A stretch of DNA of 64,000 nt from a virus, in IMG/VR virus record IMGVR_UViG_3300042301_003793; one strand, written 5' to 3'. The position numbers were made by a program, and so were the translations under genes. The notes under the pieces were generated by a model. That model was not told the DNA's origin, did no database searches, and worked only from the letters and a program-made list of their open reading frames with translations. Positions within the stretch are counted from its first letter, which is position 1. Every line of letters starts with the position of its first letter. Shown in pieces: positions 30,101 through 38,126 of the stretch.

Positions 30101-30795
30101 GTGTAACCACCAGCAAATAAACTATTATAATCTGCTTGTGGAACAGAACCAAAATATCTAATAAAATTATTCTGTGCTGCAGTTGGGTTACTACTATTTA
30201 TTACATCAGAAATTAAAGCATTAATTTGTGTTTGTAGTGTTGATAAATCTCCATCAAATTCTTCATAAGAAGAAGTTAAGATGTTTTGAATGTCGCTTGG
30301 AAAACTTGTTGTGTATGAAACAAAACCAGTATTTAATGTACAAGCGCTAAATTTTACTGTAAATGGTAATTCTTTTTTAATAACGCAAGCCGGTTCACAC
30401 AAAACGGTACCAGCACTTAAACACCAATAATCTAAAGTTTTTGGGTCTAAGTTTGCTTTAGTTAATATAGACCAAGAAGGTCCAGCATCATAACCAGATA
30501 ATCCTAAAATTCTGGTGACAAATAATTGATTTGATTGTTGTAAATATGCCTTAGCAATATAAGCAGATTCATATTTAGGAATCTGTGTGTTTACAAATTT
30601 TTCTGGTGATGTCCCACCAAAATACTGTTGGAATTCATCGTAGTTTCTAACAAAGATAGGTTCAAATGCTGGACCTTTAATTGTTTCTCCGGCAATTCCT
30701 AGAGTTGTAACACCAACGCTTTGAGCAACAAAACTCAAATCAACTTCTGATGTATAAACTCCTGGTGATACAAAAACTTTACTATTAGTAGCCAT
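27136..30795 (-). CDS. Tail sheath protein (gp18-like), enlarged by insertions
   Basis: FVSPGVYTSEVD, FPWFAAAGYTRG, INPIATF, WGNKTLQ, LDRINVRRLL, GKIYIKPT. Confidence 0.93.
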   Translation of the reverse strand: MATNSKVFVSPGVYTSEVDLSFVAQSVGVTTLGIAGETIKGPAFEPIFVRNYDEFQQYFGGTSPEKFVNTQIPKYESAYIAKAYLQQSNQLFVTRILGLSGYDAGPSWSILTKANLDPKTLDYWCLSAGTVLCEPACVIKKELPFTVKFSACTLNTGFVSYTTSFPSDIQNILTSSYEEFDGDLSTLQTQINALISDVINSSNPTAAQNNFIRYFGSVPQADYNSLFAGGYTAETNVFAVDNVVFENSDPSSPQNDSWYYALFQNAGSGLYSGFSFFTSVDNLQQTNVYTSLSNPLNNPFLLTTTTTTGNFGPYNLVVSVAPGSIVVQFCLSSTLPVPNDVTLSFDATIDVTSGLPILISDSVTIEAGEVSGCTIVSFPNDDYQRLAGTGSLSNLVSSDPTELDPNDVTITLQFVCDPILPVTTTTTVPPIPNVCFTGSVVGMIYYYTGSSFTEYDDLVVTTLRSRGISPYSDGTNPIYEVTGVTDVTIDMTGQYSGVLKNPFLPFSVGVTNYDGKEFDFEVSLSNSDAKNINKVFGRGNFEKPRTQVPLMVEESYLNLLNYAWSKGYIRGLNAELVVSEGAQSNDLNSIGYYLERFQSPSTPWVVSELRGTKVYNLFKLYTISDGNSANTEVKISFTDLSFNNETFTVLIRDYFDTDANPVVLEKFTNCSMNPQENNFIAKKIGTLDGEYELKSRYVLVEINEDAPIDAIPCGFEGYTFREYPGGKSPFPVYKTKYFTPGELVFNPPFGLSSGGDDAFTSPGDNVRRTYLGLGSYWGYDTDFFQYKGKRKPFNLCTGEPFDWDFKTKGFHMDQLASGITISGAFASSGTSAFEVGDATFSSEPTDPTDPYYRLNARKFTVMVYGGFDGWDIYREYRTNADKYTLGRAGFLNGACSSLRYPKGKGNGLFKQIAIGDGSVEYGNTDYYAYLLGIRTFANPEAVNINILTTPGIDLYNNNNLVEATIDMVENERADSLYITTMPDYQMFVATTTEGDNFIYPQEAVDLLEETGIDSNYTATYYPWVLTRDSVNNTQIYIPATAEVTRNLALTDNIAFPWFAAAGYTRGIVNSIKARKKLTQEDRDVLYLGRINPIATFADVGTVIWGNKTLQVRESALDRINVRRLLLQARKLISAVSVRLLFDQNDQQVRQDFLNAVNPILDSIRRDRGLYDFRVTVSNDTEDLDKNQMVGKIYIKPTKSLEFIDITFYITPTGASFDDV

Positions 30796-30913
30796 TGTCT
30801 TTTTTTAATTTATTCATTTATTTTAATATAAATATTAGCCTTTTTACTAAAAACTTTACTTATTATAAACTATTTATATTTTGGTATGTTTTTTTTCTAC
30901 CTTTTTTCTACCT

Positions 30914-31078
30914 ATGTCAGAACAACAAAAAAAGATTAAAAATTTAAAGATTGATAAAGACGTTCACGATGTCTTAAAAAAATATTGTGATAAACGTGGA
31001 CTAAAAATGTATAAGTTTTTGGAAGGTCTTATTTTAGAAAAATGTAAAGAAAAAAAAGATATATATGGCGAAGATTAA
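30914..31078 (+). CDS. Small ribbon-helix-helix-like DNA-binding protein
   Basis: KNLKIDKDVHDVLKKYCDKRGLKMYKFLEGLILE: beta strand plus two helices; ATG 30914 preferred. Confidence 0.6.
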   Translation: MSEQQKKIKNLKIDKDVHDVLKKYCDKRGLKMYKFLEGLILEKCKEKKDIYGED

Positions 31079-32112
31079 TTTAACGCTTCAACATATACTA
31101 AACTTGCAACTTTTGTTGCATCTAATCTTACAATTTGAAACAAAATTGTATCATTTGTATTAATTTGTATTTCAGTTAAATCATTTCCATAATAATCACC
31201 ATTAATATAGACTTGAAACGAACTTACGTTATTTGATTGTGTTAGACTCATTTTAAACGTATAATTAAACAGTTCCTCAACCTCATCACTTGTCACAGGA
31301 AATACAACATCATAAACTGTTGGCTCTGGTGGTTGTGCTCTTTTTTGTCTTTTCTTTTTATATGGTGTTTCAGTTTCAAATAGTTGAAACGACCTTGTAA
31401 TTGCTGGACTTACTTCAAATTGATCCTCATCTATTAAAAACCCCATCATTGTAAATTCGTATTTTTGAATATAATATTTTCTTTTTTCCAAATCCATAAC
31501 AGATTCATCTGTAATACTATTCATTTTAATTGGAATATAATGTCCCTTAATAGTTTGGTAAGCTTGTAGTGATGAAAATTTTTCAATAACAATTTGGTTA
31601 AATTTATTAACTTCACGCATTCTATTACAGATAATTGCAACAGTGTATGTTATGTCTACTGGTACTGGTTGTGGTATTTTATAAATGTCGTAACCATTTT
31701 TGTTTCCATCCCAAGTTGGTACTTTAGCGTAAAAATACAATCTCCTATTAGGTATTGTATAAACTATTGAGGGGTTGTTACCATATTTAACTTCTGGTGT
31801 TCTAATTACTGTAATAAAAGGTGGTTCGGTGTTCTTGTCGATGTTTTGGAAATCCCAAGTTTCAACAAACTGTGACCAATTTTGTGTTGTAATTAAAATA
31901 TCTATCATTGGGATAGTCTTTCCTTCAACAACACATTTTAATTCATCACGAACAAAATCCAAAAACCCCCTATCCAAATCAGCATGTAATAAACTTTTTG
32001 GTAGGAATGTTCCATCAGCTTCTATCATATCACGAAGTTCTCTTCTTCGTGGTAGTAAAGTTTTAGATTCGGTTAACGGAATGTATTTTTTTATTTTTTT
32101 TGGTAATGCCAT
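31075..32112 (-). CDS. Tail terminator / sheath stabiliser (gp15-like)
   Basis: PPFITVIRT, PVPVDITYTV; position between neck and sheath genes. Confidence 0.55.
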   Translation of the reverse strand: MALPKKIKKYIPLTESKTLLPRRRELRDMIEADGTFLPKSLLHADLDRGFLDFVRDELKCVVEGKTIPMIDILITTQNWSQFVETWDFQNIDKNTEPPFITVIRTPEVKYGNNPSIVYTIPNRRLYFYAKVPTWDGNKNGYDIYKIPQPVPVDITYTVAIICNRMREVNKFNQIVIEKFSSLQAYQTIKGHYIPIKMNSITDESVMDLEKRKYYIQKYEFTMMGFLIDEDQFEVSPAITRSFQLFETETPYKKKRQKRAQPPEPTVYDVVFPVTSDEVEELFNYTFKMSLTQSNNVSSFQVYINGDYYGNDLTEIQINTNDTILFQIVRLDATKVASLVYVEALN

Positions 32113-32114
32113 TA

Positions 32115-32627
32115 TTATAATGCTCTAAATTCGTTAGGTCCGACTGGTGCCGCAACAATTGTTTTATAAAAAGGTCTGTATCCTTTATATGTATGTTTAA
32201 AATCAGATACAACCCTACCGTCATTAACAACCGTATAGTATCTTACAAAATTTTCTGTGTCGTAGTACCCAACATAGTCACCAAGGTCAATGTCTATTCC
32301 AAGTTCCTCAAGTGTTTTTAAATAAACAGATATTGTTATATTACCTGGTTCAAGTTGTACGTTTTTAGTAGTACCAACATTTTTATTTTCTGGCGTTGCA
32401 ATTTGAACAAATGCTCCAAACTCGATTGGTGGTAAAAATTTAATACCGTCTGATACAGTTTCACCATAAACATCATCAGTTTTTGTTTTTGTTTTATCAA
32501 CTTTGTAAAGAACACAAGTAAAATTCAAATCACCAATTAACCACTCTTGACCCATCTCAAGTTCAAGGTTAAAATCACTATCCCCAAAAAATTTACCAAG
32601 TCTTGTTATTGGAAGTCTATTTTGCAT
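32115..32627 (-). CDS. Neck / head-closure protein (gp14-like)
   Basis: TKTDDVYGE...KFLPPIE, LGIDIDLGDYV; neck context. Confidence 0.55.
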   Translation of the reverse strand: MQNRLPITRLGKFFGDSDFNLELEMGQEWLIGDLNFTCVLYKVDKTKTKTDDVYGETVSDGIKFLPPIEFGAFVQIATPENKNVGTTKNVQLEPGNITISVYLKTLEELGIDIDLGDYVGYYDTENFVRYYTVVNDGRVVSDFKHTYKGYRPFYKTIVAAPVGPNEFRAL

Positions 32628-32687
32628 TTTGTATTATTTATTGATAAATATTGTTTTTATTATTATTTTTATTTATAACTTGCAATT

Positions 32688-34448
32688 TTGGAATTACAAA
32701 AACAATTAATAGAACATAAAGCACTCGATTTGTTGGATTCATATAGTGGAGGTAATAACCATATTCTTTATATGAAAACCAAAAAAGAAACTAATAAAAA
32801 GTTTTACCCAACAAGGACTCAAGCAGAATATGTAGTAACGTATTTTGATACAAAACCAAAGGTTGCTCGTAAGTGGGTTGAACTTGACCCTTACTTTGCT
32901 AAAAAGTTTGCACAAGAAAGATATTTGTTAGAAACACCAGAAAAAGTTTATATTGAAAAACTACTTGTTGAAAAAGATAAATCATATCATATCTGGGGTA
33001 AGTTTTTTGAAAAAGATAATCTTTCTGAATTTTGGGTTCCCAAATCATCTTTAATTAAATCACAAACTGTGGATGAGGTTAATATTGATTATTCTAAATA
33101 CGAACACAGACCACCCCTATCACACCAGAAAGAAGCTATAGAAAAACTGGTTGGTTCCAGAAGATTTATTTTAGCTGATGATATGGGACTTGGTAAAACA
33201 ACCTCAACAATTATTGCTGCTTTAGAAACTGGCGCAAAGAAAATTTTGATTGTTTGTCCAGCGTCACTTAAAATAAACTGGGAAAGAGAAATTGCAAATT
33301 ATTCAGATAGAACCTGTTTTATTGCTGAAGGTAAAAAATTTTCAACTGAAGCTGATTTTGTTATTGTAAACTATGATATATTAAAAAACTTTCACAGTAA
33401 GGAAGATAAAGAAAACTCATTATTATTACAATCAAAGTTTGAACTTGTGATTTTAGATGAAGCCCATATGGTTTCTAACGCTCAAGCTCAAAGAACAAAA
33501 CTTATAAATGATTTTGTAAAAAATATAAAAAGAGTTTGGTTGTTAACTGGTACACCAATGACATCTAGACCAATTAATTATTATAACTTATTAAATATAA
33601 TTGAAAGTCCAGTAGCACAAAACTGGATGGCTTATGCTATTCGTTATTGTCAAGGATTTCAGTTTAGAGCTGGAAATAGAAAGGTGTGGAATGTTACTGG
33701 AGCGTCAAACCTAGAAGAATTAAGGGATAGAACTTCAAAACAAATTCTGAGAAGATTAAAAGAAAATGTTTTAGATTTACCAGATAAAATTATTACACCA
33801 GTTTATCTAAGGACTTCATCAAAAGAATACAAAGATTTGATGGGGGAATACTACGAATGGTTAGAAAATAAAAAAGAAGAATCATCTTCACTTACCGTTC
33901 AGTTTTCAAAATTAATGAAAGTAAGAAAAGTAATTGCAAATGAAAAAGTAAAAGATACAATTGAGTTTGCACAGAACATTATAGACCAAGGAAAAAAAGT
34001 AATCATATTTACAAATTTCACAGACACGTTGCAGTTAATTCATAATCACTTTGGTAAAGAATCAGTATACCTTGATGGTAGTTGTAATAAAGTACAAAGA
34101 CAGTATGCTGTTGACCAATTCCAGGAAAATGAAAAAATTAAAGTATTTGTTGGTAACCTAAAAGCGGCCGGTGTTGGACTTACTTTAACAGCTGCCGAAG
34201 TTGTAATAATGAATGATTTATCATTCGTACCAGCCGAACACGCTCAAGCAGAAGATAGAGCATATCGTTACGGTCAGAAAAATAATGTTCTTGTTTATTA
34301 CCCAATTTTTGAAAACACAATTGAAGGTGTTATCTATGATATACTAAATAAAAAGAAAAAAGTTATTGGTACTGTAATGGGAGATGAATTACAAGAATCT
34401 GGTGATGTTGTTGAAGAAATACTAAATTTAATAAACAAAAGAAATTAG
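32688..34448 (+). CDS. SNF2-family helicase (SMARCAL1/HARP-like)
   Basis: LADDMGLGKT, VCPASLK, ILDEAH, LLTGTP, QAEDRAYRYGQ; TTG start. Confidence 0.92.
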   Translation: MELQKQLIEHKALDLLDSYSGGNNHILYMKTKKETNKKFYPTRTQAEYVVTYFDTKPKVARKWVELDPYFAKKFAQERYLLETPEKVYIEKLLVEKDKSYHIWGKFFEKDNLSEFWVPKSSLIKSQTVDEVNIDYSKYEHRPPLSHQKEAIEKLVGSRRFILADDMGLGKTTSTIIAALETGAKKILIVCPASLKINWEREIANYSDRTCFIAEGKKFSTEADFVIVNYDILKNFHSKEDKENSLLLQSKFELVILDEAHMVSNAQAQRTKLINDFVKNIKRVWLLTGTPMTSRPINYYNLLNIIESPVAQNWMAYAIRYCQGFQFRAGNRKVWNVTGASNLEELRDRTSKQILRRLKENVLDLPDKIITPVYLRTSSKEYKDLMGEYYEWLENKKEESSSLTVQFSKLMKVRKVIANEKVKDTIEFAQNIIDQGKKVIIFTNFTDTLQLIHNHFGKESVYLDGSCNKVQRQYAVDQFQENEKIKVFVGNLKAAGVGLTLTAAEVVIMNDLSFVPAEHAQAEDRAYRYGQKNNVLVYYPIFENTIEGVIYDILNKKKKVIGTVMGDELQESGDVVEEILNLINKRN

Positions 34449-34453
34449 CTAAT

Positions 34454-34476
34454 CCCACCTAAAAGTGGGGTTTTTT
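34454..34476 (+). terminator. Rho-independent terminator
   Basis: cccac-ctaaaa-gtggg followed by g and a T6 run. Confidence 0.7.
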
Positions 34477-34499
34477 ATTTTATAATATATTTATAGTTA

Positions 34500-36596
34500 A
34501 TGAAAGTTAAGGTAAAACATATAAAGTGTGAGATGTCCGAAAAAGACAGAAAGTTAGCAAACGATTTTATAAAATTTTTACAAAAAAAATATCCATTAAA
34601 AGAAGAAATTACAATTATTTTTACTGGTGAAAGATTTGGTACAATGACATCTGGAAGTAGAACTCAAGATTCTGAATTAAAAATATTAACTAAAGGAAGA
34701 ATGAATAGAGATATTTTTAGAACTTTAGCACACGAATGGGTACACGAATGGCAAATGAATGTAAAAGGAAAAAAACCAACTAACGATGGTATTGGTGGTC
34801 CTTTGGAAGATGAAGCAAATGCTAAAGCCGGTTTTTTATTAAAGAAATTTGAAAAACGATTTCCAGAAAAAGAAGAAATGATGTATGAAGGTTTAAATAA
34901 AAAAATTAATTTATTAAAAGAAAATATTTTAATTACTGAAAAAGAAAACATCAAAAAAGAATTTCTTTTAGAGATGAAAAAGATTGGAATTGAAAAGTTA
35001 CCGTATTCGTACTCAGCATTAAAACAATTTGTTGATCCAGAAACAATGAACATACATTATAACAAACATTATAAAGGTTATGTTAAAAAATTAAATGATG
35101 CTCTTTCTAAAAAAAATTATAAAGATGTTGATTTAGAAGATATTATAAAATCTATTAGTAAGTACGATACAAAAGTTAGAAACAACGCAGGTGGTGCATT
35201 TAATCACGCATTGTTTTGGAAAATGTTATCACCAAAAAAACAAATCCCAAAAGGTGAGATTTTTGAAAAAATTACCAAACAATATGGTAATATTAAAAAA
35301 ATGAAGGACGAGTTTAATGAAGTTGCTAAAGAAAGGTTTGGTTCTGGTTGGGTTTGGCTTGTTTTAACAAAGACAAATAGATTAAAAATTATGTCCACAC
35401 CAAACCAAGATAATCCACTTATGAATATTATTAAAGATGGTGGATATCCACTTCTTGGTCTTGATTTGTGGGAACACGCATATTATCTTAGATATAGAAA
35501 TAAAAGAGATGAATACATTAAAAAGTTCTGGAACCATATAAATTGGGAATTTGTTAATGAACTTTATGTTGGTAAATCTAAGAAAAAATTAAACGAAACA
35601 TATTTGAGGGTTCTATTAGAAAGTGAAGAGTTTGAACCCGATGTTAAACGAGCGATGAATAGAGAACTACAAAAAATTAGATTAATTCCTTTAGATGCTG
35701 AAGCCGCTGAAGTTGCTATTAATAATATTATAACAACTGAAATTGAAGAACGTGGTTTAAAATTTAATAGAACAATAGAAGGTCTTATGAATTTAGATTT
35801 ATCTGAAACATCAGAAAGAACAAGATTTAGATTTAATAATTATTACCAAAGATTTATTAGAAGTAGATCTAGAGGTTTAGATTTTGAAGCGTTGATTTCT
35901 GGTTTACTTGGTGGACAAATTTCTTCTGGTTTAAACACACCTTATGATTTAGTAACACCAGAAGGATTAAAGATTTCTTGTAAGATAGTAAGAAACACAA
36001 GTGAGTCACCGGTTTTGAAAGGAATTAAAGCATCACTTTCTGGGTATATTAATTCATACACCGGTAGTGAAGAAAATAAAAAATATTTACAGTCAATCGA
36101 AAGTGAGTCTAATTTTATTGCTCAGTTGATTAGCAGTCAAAACCAAGACATTGTTAATGTTGCCGAAGATTTAATTGAGTACTTATTAAGTGATATTGAC
36201 GGTATGTTATTAGGAGTTCCAAATGAAAGTTATAATATATCACTATATTATTATGATAAGAATGCCATTAAAAACATTCTTAAATTACCTGGTATGACGA
36301 CAGCACCAAAATCAAAAAATTCACAACAAATAAGATTTTCAACAAAGATATTAAAATTAACCAATTCTGATGTGGCACCACAAAGAGGTGCAATAAAGTT
36401 TCCAGAAATATCAACCCAAGAATATTCAGAATTTTTATTAGGTGACGATAAAACAAAAGAAGTTCTTGATTTATTTAATAACTTAGGTCAAAAATATGGT
36501 GTTGGTAAATTAGGTGATAACATCCCACAAGATATAATTAGGAACCTTTCTAGAAATGAAAGATTCAAAATAGACGTAAGAAGAATACTAAAATAA
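34500..36596 (+). CDS. Three-part fusion: zincin-like HExxH domain + Mn-type superoxide dismutase + putative PD-(D/E)xK-like domain
   Basis: AHEWVHE...EDEANA; SOD ligands IHYNKHY, NHALFW, DLWEHAYY; Mn-type GG and NQDNP; C-terminal GLDFE...YDLV...ISCK. Confidence 0.8.
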   Translation: MKVKVKHIKCEMSEKDRKLANDFIKFLQKKYPLKEEITIIFTGERFGTMTSGSRTQDSELKILTKGRMNRDIFRTLAHEWVHEWQMNVKGKKPTNDGIGGPLEDEANAKAGFLLKKFEKRFPEKEEMMYEGLNKKINLLKENILITEKENIKKEFLLEMKKIGIEKLPYSYSALKQFVDPETMNIHYNKHYKGYVKKLNDALSKKNYKDVDLEDIIKSISKYDTKVRNNAGGAFNHALFWKMLSPKKQIPKGEIFEKITKQYGNIKKMKDEFNEVAKERFGSGWVWLVLTKTNRLKIMSTPNQDNPLMNIIKDGGYPLLGLDLWEHAYYLRYRNKRDEYIKKFWNHINWEFVNELYVGKSKKKLNETYLRVLLESEEFEPDVKRAMNRELQKIRLIPLDAEAAEVAINNIITTEIEERGLKFNRTIEGLMNLDLSETSERTRFRFNNYYQRFIRSRSRGLDFEALISGLLGGQISSGLNTPYDLVTPEGLKISCKIVRNTSESPVLKGIKASLSGYINSYTGSEENKKYLQSIESESNFIAQLISSQNQDIVNVAEDLIEYLLSDIDGMLLGVPNESYNISLYYYDKNAIKNILKLPGMTTAPKSKNSQQIRFSTKILKLTNSDVAPQRGAIKFPEISTQEYSEFLLGDDKTKEVLDLFNNLGQKYGVGKLGDNIPQDIIRNLSRNERFKIDVRRILK

Positions 36597-36627
36597 TTTA
36601 TTGTGATATTTATATAAAAAAATCACA

Positions 36628-37755
36628 ATGGCAATTATTGATGAACCAAACAGAAGTAAATTATACACAAAAGTAAGGCATTTACTTGGTGCACCACTTA
36701 GAAGTGTTGAGTTAGAAGATGAACAAATGGACACTCTTTTAGAATTTTCTATCGACGAGTATTCACAATATGTTCAAGACTGGTTAATTGAATCACAATG
36801 GACCGCACTTTATAATCTTAATTTAGACACACAATCATTAACAAAAGCTTTTACAACTAGAAGTCTTGATTATGAAACAAGATACACATATGCCTATTCA
36901 AAAATCGTAGGTCTACAAGCTGGTGGTGACTCTGTGTTGAAAAAGGATTATATACAATTAGTACCTAAACAACAGATATATGAAATTCCCGCTGGTCGTG
37001 AATTAAACGAATTGTTATGGTATTCTCCACCAGAATTAAATAATATGGTATTTGACCCTTGGTCTTTTGGATCTTTAGGTGTTGGTGGAGGTCTCGGAGG
37101 AGGTGGAGGTTTAGCTCAAATGGGTAATATGGGTGGTAGTTATTTTATGATGCCAGCTTTTGATATGTTATTAAGAATGCAAGAAATTAACATACAAAGA
37201 AGAATTATTGCCGGTGAATTAACATATCGTGTAACAGCATTACCAGAAGGTAAAAAAGCTGTTCATTTAATGAATACACCTGGTGGTAAATTTGACTTTG
37301 GTAATGGGACATTAATGAGAGGTAGAGTTTGGTATTGGTATTACGATGATGGTGGTGATAGAGATAAATGTTTGGCTGAAAATCCAGACATAATAAGACT
37401 ACCATCGGATGTTCCATTTGATAAAATGGGTTGGAACGATTTAAATAATCCAGCACAAGTTTGGGTTAGAAGATGGTTTATTGCTTATTGTAAGGAAACA
37501 TTATCTAGAGTACGAGGTAAGTTTAGTGGAAACTTAAAAACAGGTGAAGGTGGTGATTTAACTATGGATTACACATCACTGGCAACTGAAGCTAAAGATG
37601 AAAAGACAAAACTTATTGATGAACTTATTGGTGCTGAAGGAAGACTTACAAGATTGAAACCAGAAAAAGTTATGGAACGTGAAGCATTACTTGCTGAAAA
37701 CTTAAATAAACAGCTCAAGTTTAGAGCTATGCCAAGACAAATTTATGTGATATGA
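36628..37755 (+). CDS. Neck protein (gp13-like)
   Basis: LLGAPLRSVELEDEQM, WVRRWFIAYCKETLSRVRGKF. Confidence 0.7.
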   Translation: MAIIDEPNRSKLYTKVRHLLGAPLRSVELEDEQMDTLLEFSIDEYSQYVQDWLIESQWTALYNLNLDTQSLTKAFTTRSLDYETRYTYAYSKIVGLQAGGDSVLKKDYIQLVPKQQIYEIPAGRELNELLWYSPPELNNMVFDPWSFGSLGVGGGLGGGGGLAQMGNMGGSYFMMPAFDMLLRMQEINIQRRIIAGELTYRVTALPEGKKAVHLMNTPGGKFDFGNGTLMRGRVWYWYYDDGGDRDKCLAENPDIIRLPSDVPFDKMGWNDLNNPAQVWVRRWFIAYCKETLSRVRGKFSGNLKTGEGGDLTMDYTSLATEAKDEKTKLIDELIGAEGRLTRLKPEKVMEREALLAENLNKQLKFRAMPRQIYVI

Positions 37756-38126
37756 TAAGAGTTGAAAACATAACACCAAGAAAAAATATTGTAAAATATC
37801 AAACACATATTCCGATTGAAATACCAAGTGAGGTTGTGGTGGTACCACAAGTTACTAATAAAGTAATTTCAGAACCAATTTATAAAACTGGTGAAGAATC
37901 TTTATTAATTGTAAGAAACGTAGAACAATCCGAAGTTACTTTAAATTCTGAAACAAGTTCTAAAATTACAATAAAATCTTTATCTAGTGTTATTGTAAAA
38001 ACTGATATTGGTCAAATTGATGAAGAATGGGATGAACTCCTTTTAGAAAAAGGAGCTTGTGTTCAGTTTCAGTTTGTTGAAGGAAACTGGTATATCCTAT
38101 CAAGTGACGGTTTAAAACTTGGTTAA
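37752..38126 (+). CDS. Hypothetical beta-rich protein, probably structural
   Basis: ATGA overlap with the neck gene; C-terminal CVQFQFVEGNWYIL. Confidence 0.65.
   Translation: MIRVENITPRKNIVKYQTHIPIEIPSEVVVVPQVTNKVISEPIYKTGEESLLIVRNVEQSEVTLNSETSSKITIKSLSSVIVKTDIGQIDEEWDELLLEKGACVQFQFVEGNWYILSSDGLKLG

Noticed and set aside
30914-31078. RHH genes as antitoxins of toxin-antitoxin pairs
   Set aside because: No adjacent co-directional toxin-like ORF at 30.9 kb; at 45.2 kb the partner looks like a homing-type HNH.
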